The notes under the pieces are model-generated. The model saw only the letters and a program-made list of their open reading frames with translations. It made no database searches and was not told where the DNA came from. This document shows positions 13,585 through 26,315 of a stretch of DNA of 64,000 nucleotides, in pieces. Position numbers and translations under genes: made by a program. Numbering within the stretch: the stretch's first letter is position 1; the number at the start of each line of letters is the position of its first letter. The stretch is from Perna viridis (lineage: Eukaryota), in NCBI GenBank assembly GCA_037379345.1, contig CM074519.1:32266103-32330102 (forward strand), written 5' to 3'.

Positions 13585-13737
13585 ACTCTGATCAATCTGG
13601 AAGTATAAATCAGAAAATTTAGAGTACAAAGATCTCTACTAAGATAACTACTATTATCTCATCAAGTTTTCCCCTACTATTTTAATTATCTGCTCCTCAT
13701 ACTAGCTTCTCCTTCCCCTATTTTTTTATGGGAAGGG

Positions 13738-14016
13738 CTATTGCTCTTGTGGGTTCCGCGACGCTACGAACCGAGAGTTAGGACACATATACGTCTCCAT
13801 TTCTTCAGTACCTTGGGGACTGATCTTTATACATGACAGGTGGAACCATTCTTTGCAGTTATCACACTGGACCATCATCTCACCGGTATCTGGTCCTCTA
13901 CACACACAATACTGTGGTTTATTTGGCTTCTTGATGAGAACACTCTCACCTTGTAGCAGTTTCTTTCTACACATACCCAACCATGAGGGAATTTTCCTAT
14001 CTCTACACACTTTCAA
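13738..14016 (-). pseudogene. PHD finger at the C-terminus of the Gypsy integrase
   Basis: C4HC3-type pattern (last Cys appears lost, CPNS), directly after the WKGP / NHYRLKVC integrase tail. Confidence 0.8.
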
Positions 14017-15770
14017 ACGATAATGGTTTGTGTTAAAACAATTCTTTGGAGCCTCACCTTATAAACATAAGGTGTAATCTTAGCCAGTACTATTCCTGGG
14101 CCTTTCCAAGGTGAAGATAATTTCTTATTCTTGCCTTTTACATGGGCACTATCGAAAACATATACCAGATCTCCAATTTGTATTGCTTCTCCATTACACG
14201 AATCTGAAGGTCATCATTCTTCTTCATCTTCAATTGGGTGGTCTTTAGAGACTTCCTGGCAACCTCAGGTGCATTGTGAATTGCTTTCTCTAGTGATACC
14301 ACATACTCATCTGGTCCCTCATATCTGTTTGTACCTGTAACCCTATACATCAAATCTACAAGCTGATTTGTCTCACGACCTAACATCAGCATATTTGGGG
14401 TATAACCAGTACTTCGGTTTTCACTAGATCTTAATGCTCCAGCTAATTCGGTTATGTGAACATCCCAGTTGTCTTGCTGTTTACTTACAAAACATCTCAC
14501 TGCATCCATTAAACTTCTATTTTGTCTTTCCACCTGACCAATTGCCGAGGGTTTACAAGGCGTCGTTCTGGCTTTGTGAATCTGAAGTAAATCACATACC
14601 GCCTTAAATAAAATACTCTAAAAATTTCTTCCTTGATCAGAGAATATCTCAAATGGGTATCCGAATCTGCTATAGAATTCATTCACTGCAGATTGGGCTG
14701 TCACTTCTGCTGTCTGGGATGGCAATGGTATACATTCTGTCCATTTAGTGAATTGATCCACCATCATTAGTATATACTCATTCCCGCTTTTTGTTTTCGG
14801 GTGAGGACCCATGAAATCTAAATGTACGCTTTCCATAGGATACCCAGCCTGATAATTGGTCACAGGGCATTTCCCATACCTAGTTGGTTTCTTATTCTTA
14901 TAGCAGATTTCACATATCGCTACAAAGTGTTTGATGTCTTTTGATATATCATACCAATGATATTTGTCTTTCTTCCATATGGTGGTTCTGGATACACCTG
15001 GATGTCCTGAACTTGGTAATTCATGGCATAATTCCATGATCAGATATTTTAAAGAATCTGGCATCACCAATCGGATATTTCCACTCTCATTCTTTGGATT
15101 ACTTTTCAGTATACCATCTTCATAAAAAAAACAGTTCTTTGTTAATCCAATAACTCTTAGTCGCTGGAAAGGATATGAAAAGTTCATTCTGTGTGGGCTC
15201 CTCCTTGTCTTTTAACCACGCTAACAAAGGCTTTAGCTCCGAATCCTCTGCTTGTTTGCTTCTTATCTCGTCAGACGAAAAGCCTGACAAGTTAATTCCT
15301 TCCCCACGGGATAGAGCTGTAACAGCACACATCACAATTGTGGTTGCTATTATCATTGCCTTTGAAGGAGAGCACTCCAGATCTATACCGGTACTAAAAC
15401 ACTGATTAACTTCCTCTCCACACTTTGGTTTTACATTAGTTTTCTCTGTTTCGGTAAACAGTTCTACCAGTGCTATTGATGGTTCTTCAACTGGTTTATT
15501 AGGGACTTTCCCCTTCCTCGCTAGAGATACAGCTTCATCAACTTCCTGTAAAAATCTAGCCCAGTCTATATGAGCTCTGGTGCAATACTTGCAACCTTTA
15601 CATGGCAGTTAATTTAGCTGGATTCCAGGTTAAACATACAATGTTGGGAATATGGGAAAAAAACATCCAATCATCCAAACTTACATGCATGAACTAATTT
15701 GCATAATCAGTAATGGCGTTCACTGTCCAGTGACCTCTTTAATCAAATTTGCACCCGCACTACCAATTAT

Positions 15771-16104
15771 TGTCGTGTTATATATAATTATTGTGTGGCT
15801 GTTGGACTTAATACAGTTAGAGTAAGTTCTAAGAGATTAGAGAGAGTACTGAACATAGACTCAAGCCTTACCTTCCTAATATGGAATATCTCTGGAGCGA
15901 TGTTACACGCAACCTTCTCCGATGAAACCGATGTAGAAGAGAGCGAGTTGGATGCTGGGATTTTGGAACCCATCTCCTGGTGAGGTCACCGGTACATGTC
16001 CTCTATGGTCCGAGGGAATTCCCCACCTGGGGTGCGACTCATCCTTGGTCCGACGTAACAGTTATGCCACTTATATCGGAATGTTCTAACCTAATTTCAC
16101 AACA
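15771..16104 (-). repeat. LTR of the element-B family (further copies near 19095-19428 and 22432-22765)
   Basis: tgtcgtg...cacaaca; homologous to 10934-11261; no target-site duplication visible on its flanks. Confidence 0.85.
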
Positions 16105-18319
16105 ATCCTCTTTACTAATTATTCTAATTGTCTAGCTCTAAAATTCACAATTTAGCGTAAGTATAGGAACGAGTGGCTTTGACCAGATGTGCGATCGAAG
16201 AGAGTAACTGACGAGCGTTAGTTAGTAAAAAGATTTTTAACGCAATTTATTTTAAAGAAAACCAATTGCGGTTTAAAAGTTAAAATGTCTAAATATTTGC
16301 GAATGTACATTTTTCATTGGTAATGTGCTAAATATCTAAACTGTAGTGATTTATTTGTAAATATAATGTAAGTTTTGTTCTCCGCAGCACTATTTCTGAA
16401 AAAGGTATTTATGATTTGTATATTGTACGATAGGTATGACTTTGATACCTGTTTATTCGAGACGTACAAAAAGCCTTTGTACAAACTTACAAGATATACT
16501 GTAATTGTTAAGTTATTTTAACAGAATTATTGTGTTTCATATTTTCTATATTTTGAACTGCGTAGTTATATAAGCAATTTGTATAATGTGCATTCTGGGA
16601 CAATGCATAATTGATTTAGTAGTTTATCTGTATTTTTGAGAATCAGTCTTAAGTTAGCAAAACGTACTATATTCATTTTGCAATGTAGATACATGCACTA
16701 CTAACAAGACGCAAATAGTTATTTTCTTTTTAAATGCAGTGCCCGGTTGTTCTAACCGAACTCTGCTATGCGCTTTAAAGCGTGAATACTTCTATGTGCT
16801 ATTATTTATAATGTTGTATACTTTCCATATATGTAGCTAACTGTCATTATTATACTAGAGGGTGTTTTTTTTCTTCCCTGTATGTTGACGGAAAGTGCTC
16901 GAACCAATAAATGTAGTTATACACGTAGTAAGCAGCTGATTTTGTTTGGCCTTGTGCCCCAACCCTACTACAGTAAAGTATGGAATAAAGCCATTTTTAT
17001 GAAGCACGCGACATTTTGTTCCTTTCAGTGACTATGGGCAGAATATACAATGCAACTACAAGTCAAATAACATGTTATGTTACGTTTTAGACGTTCAATG
17101 GCAAGGTCTTCGCTCCACATCATATCTCGAAACTTGAGATAGTGTATTGAAAATAAATATACATCTAATATATATATTTCAACAAAATGATTGGAATTGA
17201 ATATTGTTCTTGCAGCACAAAATTATAATTTTATAATTTGAAGTACGCCATTGTAAATGCACTACTAGCTAGATCTCCTTAAGATCAAACGAATGTTCAA
17301 ATATATTTTCAAAATTAAAAACTATTTAATGTTATATCATTTGATTTGACGACGCTTTTTGTTACATTATTTTCTCTTTAGAGTTTCGGCTCGTCTATAA
17401 TCTGTTTTCCTATAAATACTTAATGTACACGTTTGTTAGTCTGAATCTCCTGCAGCCCACATGTACATTACATGCTAATCCGAAAATAATTCAAAATTCT
17501 TCTTTTCAAACCTTGATCTTTCTGAATGCAAAGTGTCCTTATACGAGAAACTAAATAAAAAATGCACCTAATTTTACCACGCTAATATCTTTCTGAATAC
17601 TAGTACTTAAAGTTATGAGTATTATATATAAAAATATATACATAGCCAGTCAGATTACTCAGTCTAAACACACGACATGTGAGGTATCGCATTCAGTTCG
17701 AAGAGCGGGTGAACTCCCCATTTTACTGAAATTGGGAAGAAAAATTTATTTGCATGAAATCTCGATTTTTCACGACTTCTGTCTCAAAATCCTGAAATCC
17801 TGGATCCACCCCTCACAATAATAATATTCTGAAAATAGTTTAAGTAATGGATAGTTCAGGCAAGTTACATATACATACAAAAACACAAAAAAAAAATACA
17901 AAAAAAAAACAACAACAAACAAACAAAAAAAAGGATTATGAGGCAAAGTAAAACTCCTTCGTTGTGTTGAATTGCTCCTGTTTGTTATTCTCTGGAAATG
18001 TGGGCTCCTGCATTACACATGCTTATAATACATTGTGCCGTTGACCGCCCTATTCCAGGAAGTTCCAGTAACTAATCATAGCTACATACATTTATTACAA
18101 CTCTATGTAATTGGTCAGCCATAGTGCACAAAATTAGCCGTATTGTATCGTTGCACCCTTGTACAAAATATACCAGTACGTTAAATACACCGGCAATGCT
18201 TAAAAACTCGAAAATATATCGATTTATATTAGTTCGTCAACTAAAATCTATTTTCGTTTCGCAGTTTTCAAGAACTGTTGTAAAAATACACAAATAGTAC
18301 GTAACTACCGGTATGACGC

Positions 18320-18831
18320 GACCCGTGCAGGTCCGGGTGTCAAAAGAATAGGCCTGCAGCAGCGCTAAGCTTGTCGTAAAAGGCGACTAAATAGTGCTAA
18401 GAAACCTAGCCAGGGCTAGGGCGCTCTGCCCTGGGTTGTGTGCCCCAGGTGCTGGAATGGGGGTACCCCTGGCGTGTTACATGCTGGGTTTGTCAGGCTA
18501 TAATGCGGAAAACCTGACCACAAACCATAGTGGTGCAGCGTGTTTGGAAAGGTGCCAGTTCCTCGCACGTTAACAAATTCTACTGTGGTATTCTCTCGGA
18601 GTAGGAACCATAGGGCTCCGCCACAGGATGCTAAATTGCCCGACCCTACCCACCTCTCCCTATTTCCAGTAGCAATCAAAATTTCTCGACTCCATTATCC
18701 TTGTGTCCCATCCCATTTTTCATTTGATCATCATTTCATGTTCATTTTATCATCCACTTCATGTTCATCACCAGAATATAGCTCAAATATTGCTGCTCGG
18801 GCGTTAAACCCCAACAAACAAACAAACAAAT
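18320..18831 (+). mobile_element. Non-autonomous SINE-like retroelement with structured 5' end and (caaa)n tail
   Basis: 11-bp TSD cggtatgacgc at 18309-18319 and 18832-18842; 3' end gcgttaaaccccaacaaacaaacaaac; no tRNA A/B boxes seen. Confidence 0.85.
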
Positions 18832-21654
18832 CGGTATGACGCTGACCTCGACTGCGCAAGAAATTGTAGCTCTTACTATCTATTTTTAGCTTTTTGCTAA
18901 CTTCAAACAAGTGAATACACTTATATAAAAGGAGTTTTAACTCATCATGTCAAATTAAACATACAATGTTGGGAATATGGGAAAAAACATCCAATCATCC
19001 AAACTTACATGCATGAACTAATTTGCATAATCAGTAATGGCGTTCACTGTCCAGTGACCTCTTTAATCAAATTTGCACCCGCACTACCAATTATTGTCGT
19101 GTTATATATAATTATTGTGTGGCTGTTGGACTTAATATAGTTAGAGTAAGTTCTAAGAGATTAGAGAGAGTACTGAACATAGACTCAAGCCTTACCTTCA
19201 TAATATGGAATATCTCTGGAGCGATGTTACACGCAACCTTCTCCGATGAAACCACGTGTAGAGGAGAGCGAGTTGGATGCTGGGATTTTGGAACCCATCT
19301 CCTGGTGAGGTCACCGGTACATGTCCTCTATGGTCCGAGGGAATTCCCCACCTGGGGTGCGACTCATCCTTGGTCCGACGTAACAGTTATGCCACTTATA
19401 TCGGAATGTTCTAACCTAATTTCACAACAATCCTCTTTACTAATTATTCTAATTGTCTAGCTCTAAAATTCACAATTTAGCGTAAGTATAGGAATGAGTG
19501 GCTTTGACCAGATGTGCGATCGAAGAGAGTAACTGACGAGCGTTAGTTAGTAAAAAGATTTTTAACGCAATTTATTTTAAAGAAAACCAATTGCGGTTTA
19601 AAAGTTAAAATGTCTAAATATGTGCGAATGTACATTTTTCATTGGTAATGTGCTAAATATCTAAACTGTAGTGATTTATTTGTAAATATAATGTAAGTTT
19701 TGTTCTCCGCAGCACTATTTCTGAAAAAGGTATTTATGATTTGTATATTGTACTATAGGTATGACTGTTTGATACCTGTTTATTCGAGACGTACAAAAAG
19801 CCTTTGTACAAACTTACAAGATATACTGTAATTGTTAAGTTATTTTAACAGAATTATTGTGTTTCATATTTTCTATATTTTGAACTGCGTAGTTATATAA
19901 GCAATTTGTATAATGTGCGTTCTGGAACAATGCATAATTGATTTAGTAGTTTATCTGTATTTTTGAGAATCAGTCTTAAGTTAGCAAAACGTACTATATT
20001 CATTTTGCATTGTAGATACATGCACTACTAACAAGACGCAAATAGTTATTTTCTTTTTAAATGCAGTGCCCGGTTGTTCTAACCGAACTCTGCTATGCGC
20101 TTTAAAGCGTGAATACTTCTATGTGCTATTATTTATAATGTTGTATACTTTCCATATATGTAGCTAACGGTCATTATTATACTAGAGGGTGTTTTTTTTC
20201 TTCCCTGTATGTTGACGGAAAGTGCTCGAACCAATAAATGTAGTTATACACGTAGTAAGCAGCTGATTTTGTTTGGCCTTGTGCCCCAACCCTACTACAG
20301 TAAAGTATGGAATAAAGCCATTTTTATGAAGCACGCGACATTTTGTTCCTTTCAGTGACTATGGGCAGAATATACAATGCAACTACAAGTCAAATAACAT
20401 GTTATGTTACGTTTTAGACGTTCAATGGCAAGGTCATCGCTCCACATCATATCTCGAAACTTGAGATAGTGTATTAAAAATAAATATACATCTAATATAT
20501 ATATTTCAACAAAATGATTGGAATTGAATATTGTTCTTGCAACACAAAATTATAATTTTATAATTTGAAGTACGCCATAGTAAATGCACTACTAGCTAGA
20601 TCTCCTTAAGATCAAACGAATGTTCAAATATATTTTCAAAATTAAAAACTATTTAATGTTATATCATTTGATTTGACGACGCTTTTTGTTACATTATTTT
20701 CTCTTTAGAGTTTCGGCTCGTCTATAATCTGTTTTCCTATAAATACTTAATGTACACGTTTGTTAGTCTGAATCTCCTGCAGCCCACATGTACATTACAT
20801 GCTAATCCGAAAATAATTCAAAATTCTTCTTTTCAAACCTTGATCTTTCTGAATGCAAAGTGTCCTTATACAAGAAACTAAATAAAAAATGCACCTAATT
20901 TTAGCACGCTAATATCTTTTTTGAATACTAGTACTTAAAGTTATGAGTATTATATATAAAAATATATACATAGCCAGTCAGATTACTCAGTCTAAACACA
21001 CGACATGTGAGGTATCGCATTCAGTTCGAAGAGCGGGTGAACTCCCCATTTTACTGAAATTGGGAAGAAAAATTTATTTGCATGAAATCTCGATTTTTCA
21101 CGACTTCTGTCTCAAAATCCTGAAATCCTGGATCCACCCCTCACAATAATAATATTCTGAAAATAGTTTAAGTAATGGATAGTTCAGGCAAGTTACATAT
21201 ACATACAAAAACACAAACAAAAAATACAAACAAACAAAAAACAACAAACAAACAAAAAAAAAAAAAAGGATTATGAGGCAAAGTAAAACTCCTTCGTTGT
21301 GTTGAATTGCTCCTGTTTGTTGTTCTCTGGAAATGTGGGCTCCTGCATTACACATGCTTATAATACATTGTGCCGTTGACCGCCCTATTCCAGGAAGTTC
21401 CAGTAACTAATCATAGCTATATACATTTATTACAACTCTATGTAATTGGTCAGCCATAGTGCACAAAATTAGCCGTATTGTATCGTTGCACCCTTGTACA
21501 AAATATACCAATACGTTAAATACACCGGCAATGCTTAAAAACTCGAAAATATATCGATTTATATTAGTTCGTCAACTAAAATCTATTTTCGTTTCGCAGT
21601 TTTCAAGAACTGTTGTAAAAATACACAAATAGTACGTAACTACCGGTATGACGC

Positions 21655-22167
21655 GACCCGTGCAGGTCCGGGTGTCAAAAGAATAGGCCTGCAGCAGCGC
21701 TAAGCTTGTCGTAAAGGGCGACTAAATAGTGCTAAGAAACCTAGCCAGGGCTAGGGCGCTCTGCCCTGGGTTGTGTGCCCCAGGTGGTGGAATGGGGGTA
21801 CCCCTGGGGTGTTACATGCTGGGTTTGTCAGGCTATAATGCGGAAAACCTGACCACAAACCATAGTGGTGCAGCGTGTTTGGAAAGGTGCCACGTTCCTC
21901 GCACGTTAACAAATTCTACTGTGGTATTCTCTCGGAGTAGGAACCATAGGGCTCCGCCACAGGATGCTAAATTGCCCGACCCTACCCACCTCTCCCTATT
22001 TCCAGTAGCAATCAAAATTTCTCGACTCCATTATCCTTGTGTCCCATCCCATTTTTCATTTGATCACCATTTCATGTTCATTTTATCATCCACTTCATGT
22101 TCATCACCAGAATATAGCTCAAATATTGCTGCTCGGGCGTTAAACCCCAACAAACAAACAAACAAAT
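21655..22167 (+). mobile_element. Second copy of the SINE-like element, carried by the tandem duplication
   Basis: TSD cggtatgacgc (21644-21654) / cgggatgacgc (22168-22178); near-identical to 18320-18831. Confidence 0.85.
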
Positions 22168-25100
22168 CGGGATGACGCTGACCTCGACTGCGCAAGAAAT
22201 TGTAGCTCTAACTATCTATTTTTAGCTTTTTGCTAACTTCAAACAAGTGAATACACTTATATAAAAGGAGTTATAACTCATCATGTCAAATTAAACATAC
22301 AATGTTGGGAATATGGGAAAAAAACATCCAATCATCCAAACTTACATGCATGAACTAATTTGCATAATCAGTAATGGCGTTCACTGTCCAGTGACCTCTT
22401 TAATCAAATTTGCACCCGCACTACCAATTATTGTCGTGTTATATATAATTATTGTGTGGCTGTTGGACTTAATATAGTTAGAGTAAGTTCTAAGAGATTA
22501 GAGAGAGTACTGAACATAGACTCAAGCCTTACCTTCCTAATATGGAATATCTCTGGAGCGATGTTACACGCAACCTTCTCCGATGAAACCACGTGTAGAG
22601 GAGAGCGAGTTGGATGCTGGGATTTTGGAACCCATCTCCTGGTGAGGTCACCGGTACATGTCCTCTATGGTCCGAGGGAATTCCCCACATGGGGTGCGAC
22701 TCATCCTTGGTCCGACGTAACAGTTATGCCACTTATATCGGAATGTTCTAACCTAATTTCACAACAATCCTCTTTACTAATTATTCTAATTGTCTAGCTC
22801 TAAAATTCACAATTTAGCGTAAGTATAGGAATGAGTGGCTTTGATCAGATGTGCGATCGAAGAGAGTAACTGACGAGCGTTAGTTAGTAAAAAGATTTTT
22901 AACGCAATTTATTTTAAAGAAAACCAATTGCGGTTTAAAAGTTAAAATGTCTAAATATGTGCGAATGTACATTTTTCATTGGTAATGTGCTAAATATCTA
23001 AGTTGTAGTGATTTATTTGTAAATATAATGTAAGTTTTGTTCTCCGCAGCACTATTTCTGAAAAGGGTATTTATGATTTGTATGTTGTACGATAGGTATG
23101 ACTGTTTGATACCTGTTTATTCGAGACGTACAAAAAGCCTTTGTACAAACTTACAAGATATACTGTAATTGTTAAGTTATTTTAACAGAATTGTTGTGTT
23201 TCATATTTTCTATATTTTGAACTGCGTAGTTATATAAGCAATTTGTATAATGTGCGTTCTGGAACAATGCATAATTGATTTAGTAGTTTATCTGTATTTT
23301 TGAGAATCAGTCTAAAGTTAGCAAAACGTACTATATTCATTTTGCAATGTAGATACATGCACTACTAACAAGACGCAAATAGTTATTTTCTTTTTAAATG
23401 CAGTGCCCGGTTGTTCTAACCGAACTCTGCTATGCGCTTTAAAGCGTGAATACTTCTATGTGCTATTATTTATAATGTTGTATACTTTCCATATATGTAG
23501 CTTATTGTCATTATTATACTAGAGGGTGTTTTTTTTCTTCCCTGTATGTTGACGGAAAGTGCTCGAACCAATAAATGTAGTTATACACGTAGTAAGCAGC
23601 TGATTTTGTTTGGCCTTGTGCCCCAACCCTACTACAGTAAAGTATGGAGTAAAGCACATTTTTATGAAGCACGCGACATTTTGTTCCTTTCAGTGACTAT
23701 GGGCAGAATATACAATGCAACTAAAAGTTAAATAATATACAGTTATTAAATGGGTTAGATGCAATAAACAAGAATATTTGTCCTGAGGTACTGAGAATGA
23801 TCAAGTGTTCTATAGCACGAGGCCAACGGAAAGAAATAACAATTCACATTTTAAAAATTCAAAATACACTAAGTTTATTTTTTCATTGAATATATAATAA
23901 AAATCAGAAATGTTCAAAACCTATAGAAAAGAAAACAAATCTAAAGAAGTAATGGACGACAAGTAACATTTTAAGCCCCTCCCCTTTTGATAATCCCAGC
24001 GATACGTTTTTCTTTGTAACCAAAGAATAAAAAAACGAATGAAATTTAAACTCGATTTACAGCCTAATAAATAAAAGCCCAGTAAAGGCATTACATTTAT
24101 TTCGATTATAATTTCAATGATGTTGAAACGAGTTAAACCTTAGCTTGAGCATTATTTCTAATGTAATTGTAGTCATTCCACATAACAAATCAGACGACCC
24201 CTATCGGTACGTCCGTTCGTTTCTCAATTTAGTGGAAATCTTTCATAATCCGCTTTGTATGCCCCTTTCTAGTACAAACTGAGTTTTAAGTCAATAATGC
24301 CTAAACTTTGTATATGGGCGGGTCCGTCAGATCAATTTGTATCAAGTCTTTATTTGGGTGGTTGTTGTACGAACTGCTTCATATATTAGTAGTTTTAAAT
24401 AAAACAATAAATAGTAGATCAGTTAAGTGCCTGAAGTAATTCAATATATTTTCCCCAAATATTTGAATTGAAACAAGCAAAAGGTATCAATGAGTAGTGT
24501 TAGCTTATCATAGAGCTGTTAGGTTTAAGATATTCTCGGAGACATAATCAACCAGTAAACATTTCAATCAAGTTGTAAAATTTAAAAGCAGATGGAAGGA
24601 AGGTAAAGTAAAACATGACAATTAAGTAAAAGACAAAGGTCTATCAAAGTAAACAGATAAATTAGATTTTAGAAGGGGAAGTTTACCTCCATATAAGTAC
24701 TGTAGATGTACATGAACAGCTACACTCCTGACGGACGTGCATGTATTTAATTAATAAGGTTCAAAAATATTATTGCTATTATATAAGTATACAGACATAT
24801 AAGAGGGGTCGGAATGTGTGTGTCGGGGGGGGGGGGGTATTTTATTCACGCATTCATCAGCATAGACCACGGCCTCCCACCCTCCTGACCACCGCTTTCC
24901 GACCCCTTTCATTTTACCCCAGGTTATTAATCCCAAACATGACCCGTACCTCCCGTATTTTTCACTTATCGTTTAATGTACTTCAATTTTGCTCTGTGCA
25001 AGGTGTGATATATGATATGCAATATTTATGTCCTAAATTCACTTCGTTCAGACGAACATAAAGCATTTATTTGCGAAACTTGCCACAGTTTTCTGTGAAA

Positions 25101-25527
25101 ATAAGACACAAAGACAAAGCGCTGATACTATCAGGCACGGTGACTCGTTTAATAAACTATACAAACAAATAAACTAAATGTCCCAAAAACACTTATCTCT
25201 TCTACAGTCCCGCACTCCGGCTGTCCGAAATTACAGAACTCAAGCAGCATTCTATAAATATAAAATGAATATCAGCATAAATATTCAAGTATCCAGAAAT
25301 TATATTAAAAATGCATTAAATTCCCCCAATAAATAAATTTGTCTACAAACGTGTGTGTAGTAGTCGAGTGGTCACCGCCCTAACTTCGATAAATATAAAA
25401 TCTTGCGCAGCTCTTTCATATACCCAATCTACCAAAACCGGTTCTATCTATTTATAAACCCGTTCTAGAAATTACTGCAAATAAATATATATATATATAT
25501 GTCTAGGGGTGTGATATATTATATGTT

Positions 25528-26024
25528 AATAAATATGTAATTTCATATTGGCCCTGTTATAGGATTGAGGTTTGTCATATTGTTCGAGGCGGTCGTATTG
25601 GTCCCTAGGCATCTGTCGAGGCTAATATTATTGACTGAAACCTATAACAGGGTCAATATGAACTTACATATTTATTTTTATTGACAATTTTATTAACCAA
25701 CTCAATGAGATGATCTGTAGAACAGTTTTTGTTTCGTGTTTTACCAAAAAAATGTTGGCTTATTTGCATTTATAAGTCTTAAATATCCTTTTTGTATAAA
25801 ATGGAAGATTTTTTTTTGTGTTTCTGCAGCGTTTAGTCCTGGTGATCAAAATCCATGAAATCCAATTTTAACTCAAAATGGCGGTGTCAAACTACCGGAA
25901 GTTATGATGCTGTATTGGTCCTGGTTTCATCCATATTGGCCCCGTATAGATGCCCAGTTTGAATTTATATCAATTGGTCAGTTTTTGACATATTTTAACA
26001 TATTTTGGGTAGTTGGTTAATAAA
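25528..26024. mobile_element. Non-autonomous hairpin-plus-IR element (family 1), possibly Crypton-related
   Basis: Imperfect hairpin 25528-25676; perfect 14-bp IR tttattaaccaact (25689-25702) / agttggttaataaa (26011-26024). Confidence 0.6.
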
Positions 26025-26039
26025 GGGTACTTGACATGG

Positions 26040-26315
26040 GTTTAGGGGGTGTGAAATAGGGTTATGCCATATAGGTCTATGGGTGTACCATATAAGTCTA
26101 GGGGTGTGATATACAGAAGGCAATAAAGGTCTAGGGGTGTGATACAGAATGCAATATATGTCAAGGGGTGTGATATTGAATACAATATAGGTTTGGGGTG
26201 TGGTATATAGTATGAGATATGTCTAGGAGTGTGATATACGGTATGTGATACAGGTCTAGGGGTGTGATGTAGGTTTATGGGCGTGATATAGGATATGCGA
26301 TAAAGGTCTAAGGTC
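26040..26315. repeat. About 30-bp minisatellite (aggtctaggggtgtgatata core)
   Basis: Roughly nine degenerate units; one more unit at 25501 on the other side of the hairpin element. Confidence 0.85.

Larger units (their letters stand above)
11262..15629 (-). mobile_element. Gypsy element B internal remnant: pol 3' part (LPCxGCxYC linker, integrase, C-terminal PHD finger) plus an extra 3' ORF
   Basis: Minus-strand LPCKGCKYCTRAH..W..F, HELPSSGHPG, CEIC, HLDFMGP, VDQFTKW, SDQGRNF, ERQNRSL, WKGP, then YCVCRGPDTGEMMVQCDNCKEWFHLSC..YMCP; several stops and frameshifts. Confidence 0.88.
15630..23735. repeat. Tandem array of a 3.33-kb unit, about 2.4 copies (units start at 15630, 18955, 22291)
   Basis: ttaaacatacaatgttgggaatatggg recurs at all three positions (periods 3325 and 3336). 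Units differ only by scattered substitutions and small indels; similarity ends near 23735. Confidence 0.95.

Noticed and set aside
15755-15770. Primer-binding site next to the LTR (minus strand tggtagtgcggg)
   Set aside because: TGG is 5 nt from the LTR end and matches an initiator-Met PBS over only about 6 nt; not supportable without a tRNA search.
10958-22797. Repeated ORFs MAVGLNIVRVSSKRLERVLNIDS...
   Set aside because: They lie within LTR copies, begin at GTG, and their frames diverge after indels.
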